From NCBI RefSeq assembly GCF_009914755.1, contig NC_060944.1: DNA of 64,000 nt. One strand, 5' to 3'. The notes beneath the pieces were generated by a model. It was not told where the DNA came from, made no database searches, and saw only the letters and a list, made by a program, of their open reading frames with translations. Positions 13,723-27,311 of the stretch are shown one piece after another. The stretch is from the human T2T-CHM13v2.0 reference genome, Homo sapiens. Every line of letters begins with the position of its first letter. The first letter of the stretch is position 1. The position numbers and the translations under genes were made by a program.

Positions 13723-14442
13723 TGACATGGCTTTTCTGTGTCCCCACCCAAATCTCACTTTGAATTGTAATAATCCCCACATATCAAAGGTGGGGCCAGG
13801 TGGAGATAATCGAATCATGGGGGTGGTTTCCCCCATACTGTTGTCGTGGTAGTGAATAAGTCTCATGTGATCTGATGGTTTTATAAATGGGAGTTCCCCT
13901 GCACACGCACTCTTAACTGCTGCCATGTAAGACATAACTTTGCTCCTCATTTGCCTTCTGCCATGATTGTGAGGCCTCCCTAGCCATGTAGAACGGTGAG
14001 TCAATTAAACCTCTTTTCTTCATAAATTATCCAGTGGATATGGTTTGGCTGTGTCTCCACCCAAATCTCATCTTGAATTGTAACTCTCACGATTCCCATG
14101 TGTCATGGGAGGAACCTGGTGGGAGGTGATTGAATTATGGGGTGAGTCTTTCCTGCACTGTTCTTGTGATATTGAATGCGTATCATGAGATCTGATGGTT
14201 TTAAAAATGGGAGTTTATGTTTAAAAGCTCCCTGTTGCCTGCCTCCATCCATGTTGGATATGACCTGCTCCTCCTTGCCTTCTGCCATGATTGTGAGGCC
14301 TCCCCAGCCATGTGGAACTATAAGTCCATTAAACTTCTTTTTCTTCCCAGTCTCGGGTATGTCTTTATCAGCAGCGTGAAAATGGACTAATACACCAGTC
14401 TTGGGTATGTCTTAATTAGCAGCATGAGGACAGACTAATACA
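13723..14442 (+). mobile_element. THE1B/C-like MaLR solo LTR (outer), split by a second THE1
   Basis: TGACATGG...CTAATACA termini; 5-bp TSD ATAAC/ATACC. Confidence 0.9.
14036..14394 (+). mobile_element. THE1A-like MaLR solo LTR (inner, nested)
   Basis: GATATGGTTTGGCTGTGTC...GGACTAATACA flanked by perfect 5-bp TSD CCAGT (14031-14035 / 14395-14399). Confidence 0.9.
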
Positions 14443-15794
14443 ATACCTGTTAGTAGAGTGAAGAGAAGAATAATGAAACACCAGTTTGTTTCTCACCGCC
14501 ATTTGGATCGGTTTATGATAGCCAAGCAAGTAATCTGCATCCAATAATTCTGCATCCAACAAGTAATTCTGCTTCTTCTCACTGTCTGGTGGATTGCAGC
14601 CCTGCCAGGTGACCCTATGAACCTCAGCTGAGCTCACTCACTCACACATCTGGGCTCAGCTGAATGAGACTGAAACAGATGAGGGCATTTGGGCTCTGCT
14701 CTACATTCCTTTCTTCCTCTCCCTGGACTAGCAGGCCAACCCAAATGTAATTTTCATAACTGAGGTATCAGAGAATAAGACAAATCATGTAAGCATTTTT
14801 TAAAATACTTTGGTTGCATGCCTACAAACATTTCATTAGCCAAAGTAAATCACACAGATTGACCCAGGGCCCAGGGAGGGCAAAATGTGTTCCTTACTTC
14901 CAGAGGAGTGAACCGCAAAGTTGCTGCAAAAGGCATGAATACAGGGAGACAGGAAGAATTGGGGTCATTCATGCAATTGACCATACCAGTTCAACCTTCT
15001 TAGTTCTTTCCAATTGGCTACAAGCTTGGAGAAGTTAGATAGTCTAGATATAAAAAGATTAGAGTTTACTGTCAGGAAAATAGGTGCCTCATAAAAACAA
15101 TCAGAGAAGCTAGTAGATAAGAGATTGCTCAGCAGGAATCGCACCATAAAAAACTAGATCTAAGATTGACTGGACAGTCCACTGTTTCCAGCCAGTGTTT
15201 ATTTTGTTTTTAATGCCTAAATCATATGCCTAAAATCCAACCACAGGAAAGATAAAGTGTTTGCCTCCTTCTGTTGTTGCCAAAAGGCAGTAAGTCAAAG
15301 TAATCAGACAGAATTCTAGATAACAGTCCAATCAAAGGTGATGGAAGAGAATTCAATGAAGATTATTTGCAAAGCTGTGGGCAGCGTTTCCAGAAGGAAC
15401 AAAGGACAGTGAAGCCCCCAGGCACCAGCAAAGGAAGTAGGACTCTGCCACCTTAAGATGAAGCTGTTCCCTACTTGTTAGTAGAACCCCCTAAAAACCC
15501 TAGCTATAGGAGAAGTGCTGCCTGATTTGAGCTGTAGACAGAGATGAGGAGAAAGAAAACTATGAAAATTGGTAGCCTAAATTTCTCTTTTTTATCCTCC
15601 CATCTTTTACAGGTGCTTCTTTTGGTTGAACCCAACCAGAAGCCAGAGGTTAAGGAGCTTATACTCCTGGGGCACAGAACAAAAGAAGGGTAGAGAGTGA
15701 GTCTACCTGAATGGCACATGGAGAATGTCCAGGCCACTTATACATAGATTTAAGTAGTTAGGAACATTCTCTCTTGGTTTATCTATTCATTATC

Positions 15795-16315
15795 TAGGGT
15801 GGTCAAAAGTGATAGGCACCAAATGCCCCTGGCTCTATGCCTCCCATCATGAGTGCATGAAAAGGTTTTACTCCCTTGTCCCCTGGGGTGGATGGGCCCA
15901 TGAGATTAGGTCTAGCCAATAAGCATGGAAGTAAAATGAGGCACTTTGGGACCAATTATTTATTTGCCAGGTTAGATCCTTCAGAGCTCCCCCATTTTCC
16001 TATGTCATAGTTACTGGAAGTATTCTAGACAATGGCTACTCTAGCAGATAGAGGCCCCTGAGTGAAGATAAGAAGTGTATCCCCTACCCACTCTTTAAGA
16101 ATATGCTGTGTAGGATAACTATTATCCTATACAGTATTGCTGTGTATCCTCTACAGTATGTTCTTAAAGAGTGTGTAGGTGATCTACTTATCAAGAAATA
16201 ATATTAAATGCTATATTTAATATTATTTAAATGCCATATTTATATTATTTCAGCCACTGAGATTTTTGAGGTTGTTTTGTTACTACAGCAAACTGAGCCT
16301 ATACTGACTTAATAT
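15795..16315 (+). mobile_element. Old MLT1 (G/H-like) LTR carrying a palindromic insertion
   Basis: 3' end AGCCACTGAGATTTTTGAGGTTGTTTTGTTACTACAGCAAACTGAGCCTATACTGACTTAATA is typical of old MLT1; boundaries approximate. Confidence 0.6.
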
Positions 16316-16528
16316 GACCCTCTCTGGAACCCCACTAGCCTAGTTGAACAGAGAAAGAATTCTTGGAAATTGACATTTGTCATCTGTCCAAATGGTATTT
16401 AATGGGAACTCACCATGTGCAAGGCACTGTGCTATGGGATACAAAGAAAAAATGAGCTTACCCCTGTCCTCCAGATGCTTCCCACTTGCCAAATTCATTT
16501 CCTAAAGTAAGAACGTACCTATTATGTA

Positions 16529-17324
<796 letters not shown>

Positions 17325-19926
17325 ATCACCAGGGACCATGATAAGTGATTCACATATGTCTTCATATCTTATTAAATTCTCACAACCAGGCTGTGAGGTA
17401 GGTACTACTATTATGTTAATCATTTTCTAGATAAGGAAGGAACCTAAGACATCAGCGATTTATTTTACTTTCTCAAGACATCACAGGCAGTAAGTGCTAA
17501 AGTCAAACTTCAAACACAGGCTGAGTCCAGGGTCTGCACTCTAAATCTGTTCTGGGCTGTTTCCCCTTACTCCCTTGATATTGACATTGTGCTCCTCAAA
17601 AACCTTCAGTGGCTTCCCCTTTGCTGGGAACAATGGCTTCCATTGTTCATATGAGGTGTCAATGTATTACAAACTGTAACAGCTAACATTTTCATAGCTA
17701 CTCTGCACCAAGTGTGTCATATATTTCATTTAATCCTTCCAACAACCGTGTGATGTAGTTAGTATTTTTCTCTTATTTGAAAGATGAGGACACAGAGGCA
17801 CAGAAGTAAGCATATGCCCAAGGGCATCCAGAAACTAAGTGGAAGAGTTGAGAATCAAACCCAGGCAATCTGGTCTCTGAGGTCACCTTCCTAACCACTG
17901 TATAATCTACTGCCTCTAAATTATAACTGAATTCTCAAAATTTGGGAATGAATTTTATTATAATGAACCAGATGGGGTACATTCTTATTTAAAATGCTAC
18001 CCTTACTCACTTGCCTTTCAATATGCTCCCTCAAGTGGAAGAGGGAGGAATGGAATATCATCAAATCATGCAAAATGCTGGTTTTTTCCAAACAGCTGGA
18101 TTGTGTATGTGAACACCATCCATCACGTTTGTCAGCAGAGAAGTTTATGAACCACTGACCCAGAGATTAAATTCTGTATTTCTCAGCCTTGCATTCAGGG
18201 CCCTCTATGGCTCAGCCATGAACTGTAATTCCCACTTTATTCCTACAATTTTCCTCTCATGGAATCCAGATTCCATTCATCTAATCTGAATTTCTTACAT
18301 CCATATTACCTCTGTTACCGCTAGTGAACAGAGGTTCACTACCTTCGGTTTCTTCTACCTTCGCATCATCACATGTCCAAATACTGCCCATAATTCAAGG
18401 GCCATTTGAAATTCTACCTCCTATGAAAATAGTTTTTAATTTTCTTTCCTCAAGATCCTTGCCATCCATACTCAAGTTGGAAGCAAATCCTTTCTTCTCT
18501 AAGTTCCCCTCCCATCTCATTTGTATTTTCATACAGTACTATTACTTTCTGCCTTGTGTCATAGTTAACACATACGATTATTACAATGACAATTATAACA
18601 ACAACAAATTTTTTTCTTCCTGAGTATCTGCATCAGGCACAGTGCTAAGTTATTTTATGCATCTTTTCACTTAAAGACATGCCTCTGCATGGGTAATATT
18701 ATTATTCCCCAATTGACAGGTAACCCCAATGCTTGGGCATAAAGAGGGTGATGCTTGAAGAAAGGAAAAACATAAACTTTGTCCTGAAGTTAACTGTTCA
18801 ACAGAATTCCAGAAGCTTCAGCTCTTAGAGCATCACTCCATTCTTCGCACACAAAAGCTACAGAAAAAGCTCCTTTTATTTGCAGCCTGGGCTGACCCTT
18901 CCCCAAGGGAAAAGGAAGCTGGCTGGATGCCTTAAGAGTCAGATTGATCCTCCTTTCTCTCATATCACTACAAGTTCAAGTGCAGATTCCAGTCAAGAGT
19001 GAACGTGTGTCCTTATTTTTCAATCTGACAGTGCTATTTGTGGGAATTGAACCTCAACATCCTTGGGGAACTTTATGCTCTTTCATCCTAAACTAGGGCA
19101 CATCTATACTTCTCTGATACAAACCTGTTATGTATTAAATAGAGAGTAATAATTATATCTACCATATTGTGAGCTGAACACCTCATATGCACCTTGTAAT
19201 CCCTTGAAAAAAAAAAAGAAGAGGAAGATAGAGTGACTTAACTAATGAACAGGGCTAGGAACTCCAGAGTCCATAGTTGCAACCAAAATATTACATGCAG
19301 AACACCATTATAAAATAAACTAAATAAAACTTCCCCAAAAGTAACCACTGTTCTGTCTCTTCTGTACCCTTCCACAGAAGAAAAGTAATAAGAACAAAAA
19401 TAAGAGCCAACATTTAGAGTGTATATGATGGTGTACTACCACGCTAAAGGCTATTATTCCTACTTGCAAAATTCCATTAAATCTCACCCCATGAGCTAAA
19501 TACTCATTATGCTCACTGTAAGGGAAGAAAGTACAACTCAAGGAGCTGAAAGATTTTGTCCTAGGTCAGAGAGAGAACAAGCGGGAGAGGTGGGATTTGA
19601 ACCCAGTATTATCTGACACCTAAAACTATGACTTTAACCACAGTATTGAAGTGTGGGGTGGGATGTGTGCAGGAGAGCAGTTGAATCATTGTATTCAAAC
19701 CCTTAGCATATTATGCATATTACATTCAGTTTTAAAAAATTAAAGGGCCAAGGAGGATCCTACCTCCCTTTTAAACAATTAATAATTTTTATTCAAACAG
19801 TAAAATTATAAATATATATAAGAAGAAGTAAAATTGTTAGCCACACTATTATCACACAGTAAATATTTGTTAAAAAATCCTTTAAGGGTCTAGAGAGTTA
19901 AGAATCTTAGAGAAAGACACACTAGA

Positions 19927-20577
19927 ATATATATACACATATATATACATACATACATATATACACATATATACATATATAAATATATACATATATACAT
20001 ATATACACATACATACACGTATATATACACGTATATATACACATACATACACGTATATATACACGTATATATGCACATACATACACGTATATATACACGT
20101 ATATATGCACATACATACACGTATATATACACGTATATATGCACATACATACACGTATATATACACGTATATATGCACATACATACACGTATATATACAC
20201 GTATATATGCACATACATACGTATATATACACGTATATGCACACGTATACGTATATATACACGTATATGCACACATATACGTGTATATACACGTATATGC
20301 ACACGTATACGTATATATACACGTGTATACACGTATATATACACGTGTATACACGTATATATACACGTGTATACACGTATACACGTATATACACGTGTAT
20401 ATATACACATATACACGTATATACACGTGTATATATACACATATACACGTATATACACGTGTATATATACACATATACACGTATATACACGTATATATAC
20501 ACATATACACGTATATATACACGTATATATACACATATACACGTGCATATATACGTGTATATATATATATATATATG
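19927..20577. repeat. Complex (TA/CA/CG) alternating purine-pyrimidine tandem array with 34-bp and ~30-bp higher-order units
   Basis: Six copies of ACATACATACACGTATATATACACGTATATAT(A/G)C at 20007-20210, followed by ~30-bp variants. Confidence 0.97.
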
Positions 20578-20765
20578 GAATGGAATTTGCTTCAAAAGGT
20601 TGCAGGGGGCACTGAGTTAGTAGGGACGTAGATGAAACATGATTTGCCCTGAATCAATATTGCTGAAGCTGAGTGACTTATACATAGGGGTTCATGATAG
20701 TCTATCAAGCATATACATTTTTGTACATGCTTGATAATTTTCATAGTAAATAGTTTCCTAAACAT
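20578..20765 (+). mobile_element. Old L1 (L1ME/MC-type) 3' UTR fragment
   Basis: GGAATTTGCTTCAAAA...GATGAAACATGATTTGCC...GCTGAAGCTGAGTGA...ATAGGGGTTCAT resembles L1M 3' ends. Confidence 0.6.
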
Positions 20766-21099
20766 AACATAAAGAGACCTACAGAAATAAAGTAATTCTC
20801 TTTCAACCTCTGATCAGTTCTCTATCTCCCCTCCCCCAAAACAACCACTGTTAAGTTTCTGGCGCATTGTTCCAGAAATTTCCCATTTGTATACAAATGT
20901 ATGTATCCATTTAAAACTGGAAACATACATAGCTCTTCCCTTTGCTTTTCTCACATATCCATTTACCCCAGATGCCTTCCTTGGCCACTGTATGTGCAGC
21001 AGCCTTCCTCTCCTCTCCATCCCTCTGACTATGACATCACCTTGTTTATTTCCTTCTTCACACTTAACACAATCTATACTTGCTGGCACAATAATTTAC

Positions 21100-21750
21100 T
21101 GAGGTTTTCAAATTGAAGTAAAATTCACGTAACATAAAATTAACCACTTTACAGTGTGCAATTCAATAGTGATTAATATATTCACAATGCTGTGAAACCA
21201 TCATGTTTATCTACTTTCAAAACGTTTGCATCACCCCAAAAGGAAACCTCATACTCATGAAGTAGTCTCTTCTCCTCTTCTTCCCCCAAACCCCGACAAC
21301 CACTAACCTGCTCTCTGTGTGAATTTACCTCTTCTAGATATTTCATGTGAATGGAATCATACACTGCGTGGCTCTTTGTGTCTGTCTTCTTTCACTTAGC
21401 ATAATGTTTTCAAAGTTCCATGTTGTAGCACATCGTATGGATGTACCGTATTCTGTTTATCCATTCATCAGTTGGAGTTGGGTTGTTTCCACCTTTTGGC
21501 TACTGTGAATAATGCTGCTATGTACATTCACATATACCTTTTGTATGAATACTTGTTTTCAATTATTTCAGGTGTATACATAGAGGTGGAATTGCTGGGT
21601 CATGTGGGAGTTCTGCACTTACCTTTTTGAAAAACCACCAAACTGTTGCACCCTTGACTGCTCCATTTTACATTCCCATGAGCAATGTACAAGGGTTCCA
21701 ATCCCTCCACATCCTTACCAACACGTTATCTTTTCTATTTGGTGGTTTGT
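21100..21750 (-). mobile_element. L1MB/MC-type LINE 3' fragment
   Basis: Antisense L1M 3'-end motifs (ATTTCATGTGAATGGAATCATAC, CTTTTGGCTACTGTGAATAATGCTGCTATG). Confidence 0.85.
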
Positions 21751-21776
21751 TTTTTTCAAGTCTACCTATTTTTGAT

Positions 21777-22078
21777 GGCCGAGTGCAGTGGCTTATGCCT
21801 GTAATCCCAGCCACTTTGGGAGGCTGAGGCTGGTGGATCACTTGAGGTCAAGAGTGCAAGACCAGTCTGGCCAATGTAGTGAAACCCTGTCTCTACTAAA
21901 AATATAAAAATTAGCCAGGCATGGTAGCAGGTGCCTGTAATCCCAGCTACTCAGGAGGCTGAGGCAGGAGAATCACTTGAACCCAGGAGACAGAGGTTGC
22001 AGTGAACTGAGATCACACCATGGTACTCCAGCCTGGGTGACAGAGCTAGACTCTGTCTCAAAAAAAAATAATGAAATA
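21777..22078 (+). mobile_element. AluS-type SINE
   Basis: Full Alu; TSD AAGTCTAC(C/T)TATTTTTGAT. Confidence 0.95.
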
Positions 22079-24059
22079 AAGTCTACTTATTTTTGATCTG
22101 GCTCTTCCACTAGATTACGCATTTCCATGTGCTTCAATTACCACTGCAGCCTCAGCCACTAGCATGAAGGCTTACGCATAGCAGGCATGCAAACATGTTT
22201 CAATGGGATGAAATAGTCAAGTAAACAAACCAGCATGTAATAACAAACACATCTACCGTATTTATTCCAAAAGCTGCAGGATGAGTTCCATTGTATAGAC
22301 TCATGATCATTTCTTCCAGTGTGAACTTGACCACACCTCGGTCCAAAAGCTTCCACTTTATGCAGAATAGGAGCCAAAGTTCTTACAACAGCCTACAAGG
22401 TGCTACAAGGTGTCTGTTCCCTCTTAACCCCCTACAGTGGTTCTTGGATGTATCTCCTACTTTTCTTCCCCTGCTTTCTCCACTCTAGCTGCACTGTTCT
22501 TCAATCTTTCCAAGAACGCCTCTACCTCAGCACCTTTTCACTAACCTTTCCCTCTGTTTTAGGAGTTCTTCCACCAAGTATTCAAGTGGTTCTCCTTCAA
22601 GTCTGCCCTCCCTGCCCTCCTTTATTTCTCAGCCACCATCAGCAAGGGGCAACCTGGTCTCTGACTCATGAAGCTTGGAAGAGCAAGTGTCTACACTGTA
22701 ACCCTGTAGAGGAAGTGGCAGGCCTACCCTCCTTCAAGTCTTTGTTTATACCTTATCTTCCCAGAGAGACTTTGATCATGCTCATTAAAGCTACCCCAAC
22801 ACCCACGTCCACCCACCCATACCCGCACACATCTCTAGTACTACACATAGTAGGACTAGTAGGACTATGTGCAGGACTAGGGATATAGAGATGATCAAAA
22901 TAGACAAAAATCCCTGCCGTCATGAAGTTTCTATTTAGAAGGTTTCTACCATCTATTTTAGATGGTATTTAGAACTTTCTACCCCATGAATAGTAGGTTC
23001 TCAATATGTATCCATTGCATGAACGAAGGAACAGATGAACTAATTCCTTTCTGACAGTGCTCCAAGAGTTCCTGAAGACAGACGTTCTCTCTTCTCCACT
23101 GGCCTGGGCATCAAACTTGTGGACAATCTGCTTTATGACTTCCAGGCCAGGCTATTCCTTAAACGGAAGCCCAGCAAAGACTTGTCCTCCCTCTCTCCCT
23201 CCCTCCCTCTGGAGTACCGATATTAACTTTGGAACTTTGATGCCCTCTGGTTTGTCCTGCACAAGATGCAGCCTTAACACAGTCAGTGAGGGTGTTTTCA
23301 AAATGTTCCTCCTGATTACAGGCAGGTTATTGATGGGCCTGAAAGGAAGCCAGGCTTAGAAATGGTTGTGGTTGGAGCATGCTGTACACCCACACCATGC
23401 ACACATTTTAAGCATGGAGAGAGTGCCATCATAAAATGTGTGGATAATATCTTTCCATAGTGAACTGAGCACTCAGAAAACCTTGATAACACTAACCATG
23501 TGACTTTCAGTGAGGGGTCCTTCAGGCTCTGCGATCAGAAGTGCATGGTCTATTACTTTCCAGCTGGGTGGCCATACATACATCATTAACCTTGAAGCTT
23601 CACTTTCCACATCTGCGAAATGGGGACAGTAACAGCATCTACCTCAGGGATGAAATGGCATTAAAATGAGAGGATTTATGCACTGCACCTTGCTCCTAAG
23701 TGAGGCTCATGCATTGCACACATGTTCACTGGGCATCAAGCATATTCTCTGCACTGTGCCATTGATTCTGTTCACTGCTAAAGCACATAGAGACTGTCCC
23801 AACCCTCCTGGAGCTTCCTCTTGTGAAGGAAGACAAACATTAATACTACATGTACAGTATTTGTGTGTCCTGGAGATTAAAAACTCAAATGCTCTGAAGA
23901 AAAGCAATAGTTTTCTGGCAGACTGCATAGTTGAATCTAGCCAGAGCAGTCAGGGAAGGTTTCCCGGAGGAGGTGACACTGAGCTGGGAGCTGAAGGAAG
24001 AGCACAAATTTTGAGTGCAGAGACAGGGGAAAGCAAGGGAAAGAGTTCTTCCTGCAGGT

Positions 24060-24177
24060 ATCACGGTCAACTCATGCTGCTATTGCCTAGGACTTTCCTG
24101 GTTTTAGCACTGAAAGTCACACAGTGTGAGAAGCCCCTCAGTGCCTCGGGCACACGGGGGTGGTTGGTCATCGGGGT
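24060..24177. mobile_element. MER81-like hAT-Blackjack MITE within an L2
   Basis: GGACTTTCCTGGTTTTAGCACTGAAAGTC...GGTTGGTCA matches MER81. Confidence 0.65.
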
Positions 24178-25199
24178 CAGGGGAATAGCACAGGCAAAGG
24201 CCCTGAGGCAGGAAGAAGCATGTCCCATTTTAGAAACTCAAAGAAGGTACATGGGACTAGAACATAGAGATTGGTGTGAGAGGAGGCAGAAAAGTTGTCC
24301 TCAGATGGCTTTGTGTGCCATATCCAGGAACATATTCTTGGTCTGAGGAGCAACAGGAAGCCATTGAAGAGTTTTAAGCAGGGAGATGAGGGGAGCAAAG
24401 GGGGGAATGTTGTAAAGTTTACCCCACCTGCTGCATACAGAATGGACTGGAAGACACTGGAAGGAAAAGAGCAGTTTATAGGCTCAAAAGATGTTAGTTC
24501 TTACTAATATCATGATTGTTATTTCAAAGTGGGGAGAACCATTGATTATAAACTGAGTATTCCAGTTTGGATCTGGGGTATTTGAGGCTGACGGGCAATA
24601 ACTGTGAAAAATCTACAGAATAGGGCCTCCGATTTCCATCACAAGAACTTCCAGAGAATGAGGGACCGAAGACTGAATTATCCTCTGACTCAGGTCAGCA
24701 ATAATAGAGTTCCCCATTGTGAAGGACTGAATTCAGTCAAAAATTTAATTTTTTAAATAAATAGAACAGAAAGGTCAAAACACTGTGAGCAGAAATGGAG
24801 ATTTGAAATTGGAAATTGCTTAGAAATGTCTTTTACAAACTCTGTTCTATTAAGGACTTTTCCAAACTCTCTCCCAAGGGAATTTCTCTTAGATATGCTA
24901 ATGCCATTCCATTTCTCTAAAGCCCTGTGTCAAATACTGCTATTGAAAAGACCCTAATAGAAGATACACTTGGAAATCACCTGTGATTAGCAGTTTTATT
25001 CAAAATGAAACACTCCTACAGTTTCAAGTGGCAGAACCCAGTAAGTATTGCCTCCTGGATTCTGATCACTGATGGCAATAATAAGGCCTCCCCTGCTCTC
25101 TCCCTGTGCTAGGACTCTTTCCACGCCTCACGTGTCCCTCCCAGGCACCCTACTCCTGGCCGAGACCTATTCATCCTTTAGGATGTGGGTAAACACAGG

Positions 25200-25280
25200 G
25201 GCCAGGCGCGGTGGCTCACGCCTGTAATCCCAGCACTTTGGGAGACCGAGGTGGGTGGATCACGAGGTCAGGAGATCGAG
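25200..25280 (+). mobile_element. 3'-truncated Alu (first ~80 nt, AluY/Sc-like), no poly(A), 16-bp TSD
   Basis: GGCCAGGCGCGGTGGCTCACGCC...GGTCAGGAGATCGAG flanked by AGGATGTGGGTAAACA (25180-25195 / 25279-25294). Confidence 0.9.
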
Positions 25281-25586
25281 GATGTGGGTAAACATCACTT
25301 CCTACGGGAAGCTGCCACCAACTCCCCAGGTTAGGTTAGAGATTCCTCCTACCTTACGCCACCAGAACATTGCTGTTTCCCCCTCAGAGGGCACTATCCA
25401 TCTCTACTGTTGCTGCTTTAATTCTCCTTCTTCCCTCACTAGACTGTAGTCTGTCCAGAGCAGGAAGTATGTGTTCATTTGTATCCTTTGCATTTCCAGT
25501 ACACAGGACAAAGCCTGCCAACAGAAGGTTGCCCGATGAGTATTTGGTACATGTTGAATGATTGTTTATTGCTACTTTGTGTTTGA

Positions 25587-25960
<374 letters not shown>

Positions 25961-26522
25961 TGAGAATCCAATAATCCGGGACTTTGGTGAATTTTTCGAG
26001 GTCATGTTGCCAATAAATGGCTGGGTGTGGATTCAAATCAAGCGTGTGACTCTAAATCCTGTTTTCAACCATGTCACCCACGCGTCACTCACAAAGCAAG
26101 TGTATAGGATAGAAATGAATAACGTGTTTTGATTTCAAGAAAACTTCTTTTTTACCTTCATTAAAATAAAACATTTTAGCCTCTGGTGCTTTCCTTCCCC
26201 AAGAAGGAATGAAACCTGAAAGGAAGACCTTATCAGGCTATGGTCTTTTCTCAACAGTGAACTCTACCTGCCCTCAAGAAAGAACTGTTATTAGCAATTT
26301 GAAGTCCAAGTTAATGGGTAATCGAAACCCTTCCTCATCATCCCTGTAGCACAATTTTGAGAGGAAAGGAAGACATACGGTCTGGACCAGGGGAGGCAAG
26401 AGAAGTATTTAAGGAGGTGCTTGCTTTCAGGCTGAGCAAGTGCAGGGTCAGGCCCAGAGCCAGGACCCTCTTAAAAGCACTCCTGTACCTCCTTGCCCAG
26501 GCTGCTCCCACTCCCCAGAAAG

Positions 26523-27311
26523 TGAGACTGAGCAGGGACCCCCTTTATAGGGGCCTGGAGCCCTGGAGCTCCCTGGGCATGAAAATAAAGGAAAAGACTG
26601 AGTTCTTCCAAAGGAAATGCTAGGTACCTAGGTAGCCCCAGAAGTAAATAAATAACTTGTTAAATAAGAAGGTAATAGTAGCTTAAAACAATAGCCTAAG
26701 AAGAGAGGGTTCCAGAGATGTTTGCTTTCCCCCACCGAAACTAAGGATAACTTCTTCACATTTGTCCCTGAGATGCCTTTCAGAAACTTGGACCCACACT
26801 GAGGACCTCTGTGGAATGGATCCACTGGCACATAGACCTCAGATAAGCAGGAAGGTCAAGACTGAGCTTGACCCATCATCCTGTGTTCTAAGTATCTTCC
26901 TGAGGAGCCTGGGGAAAGTCACACCTTCTTGGCCAGTTAACATGTTTCTACTCACCCCTGATTTTTAAGCAAAGCTTCTCTTCCTTAACCAACACAAATC
27001 AGAAAATCTCTGAATCTACCCATGACCTATAAGTCCCCACTTCAAGATATCCTACCCTCTTAGGCTGAAACCAGTATGTAACCTCCATCCATTGATTAAT
27101 GATATTACCTGAACTTCTTTCCTGAAATTTATGCCTGCCTTTAAAAATCCTTTCCTGCAAGCCACTGGGGAGGTCAGGATTTGAACGGGAGCGACTTGGT
27201 ACCTCTTGCTTGGCGCCTGCAATAAAGCCCTTCCTTTCTCCCACTGCAAACCTCCATGTGGAGATCTGGTCTTAACGCACTGGGCTACTAGCAGATTCCA
27301 GTTCAGTAACA
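26523..27311 (+). mobile_element. ERV1-class (MER4-group) solo LTR, ~790 bp
   Basis: TG...CA termini (TGAGACTGAGCAGGGACCCC / GTTCAGTAACA), internal AATAAA at 27221, 4-bp TSD AAAG/ATAG; subfamily not determined. Confidence 0.75.

Noticed and set aside
19882-20631. Six overlapping 158-237 aa Y/I/T/H/V/C-rich ORFs
   Set aside because: An alternating R/Y repeat cannot contain stop codons; artefact. It is also not a CRISPR array, as there are no unique spacers.
23666-24346. 226-aa plus-strand ORF
   Set aside because: Runs across MIR-, L2- and MER81-derived sequence, with no protein-family similarity and no splice or promoter support.
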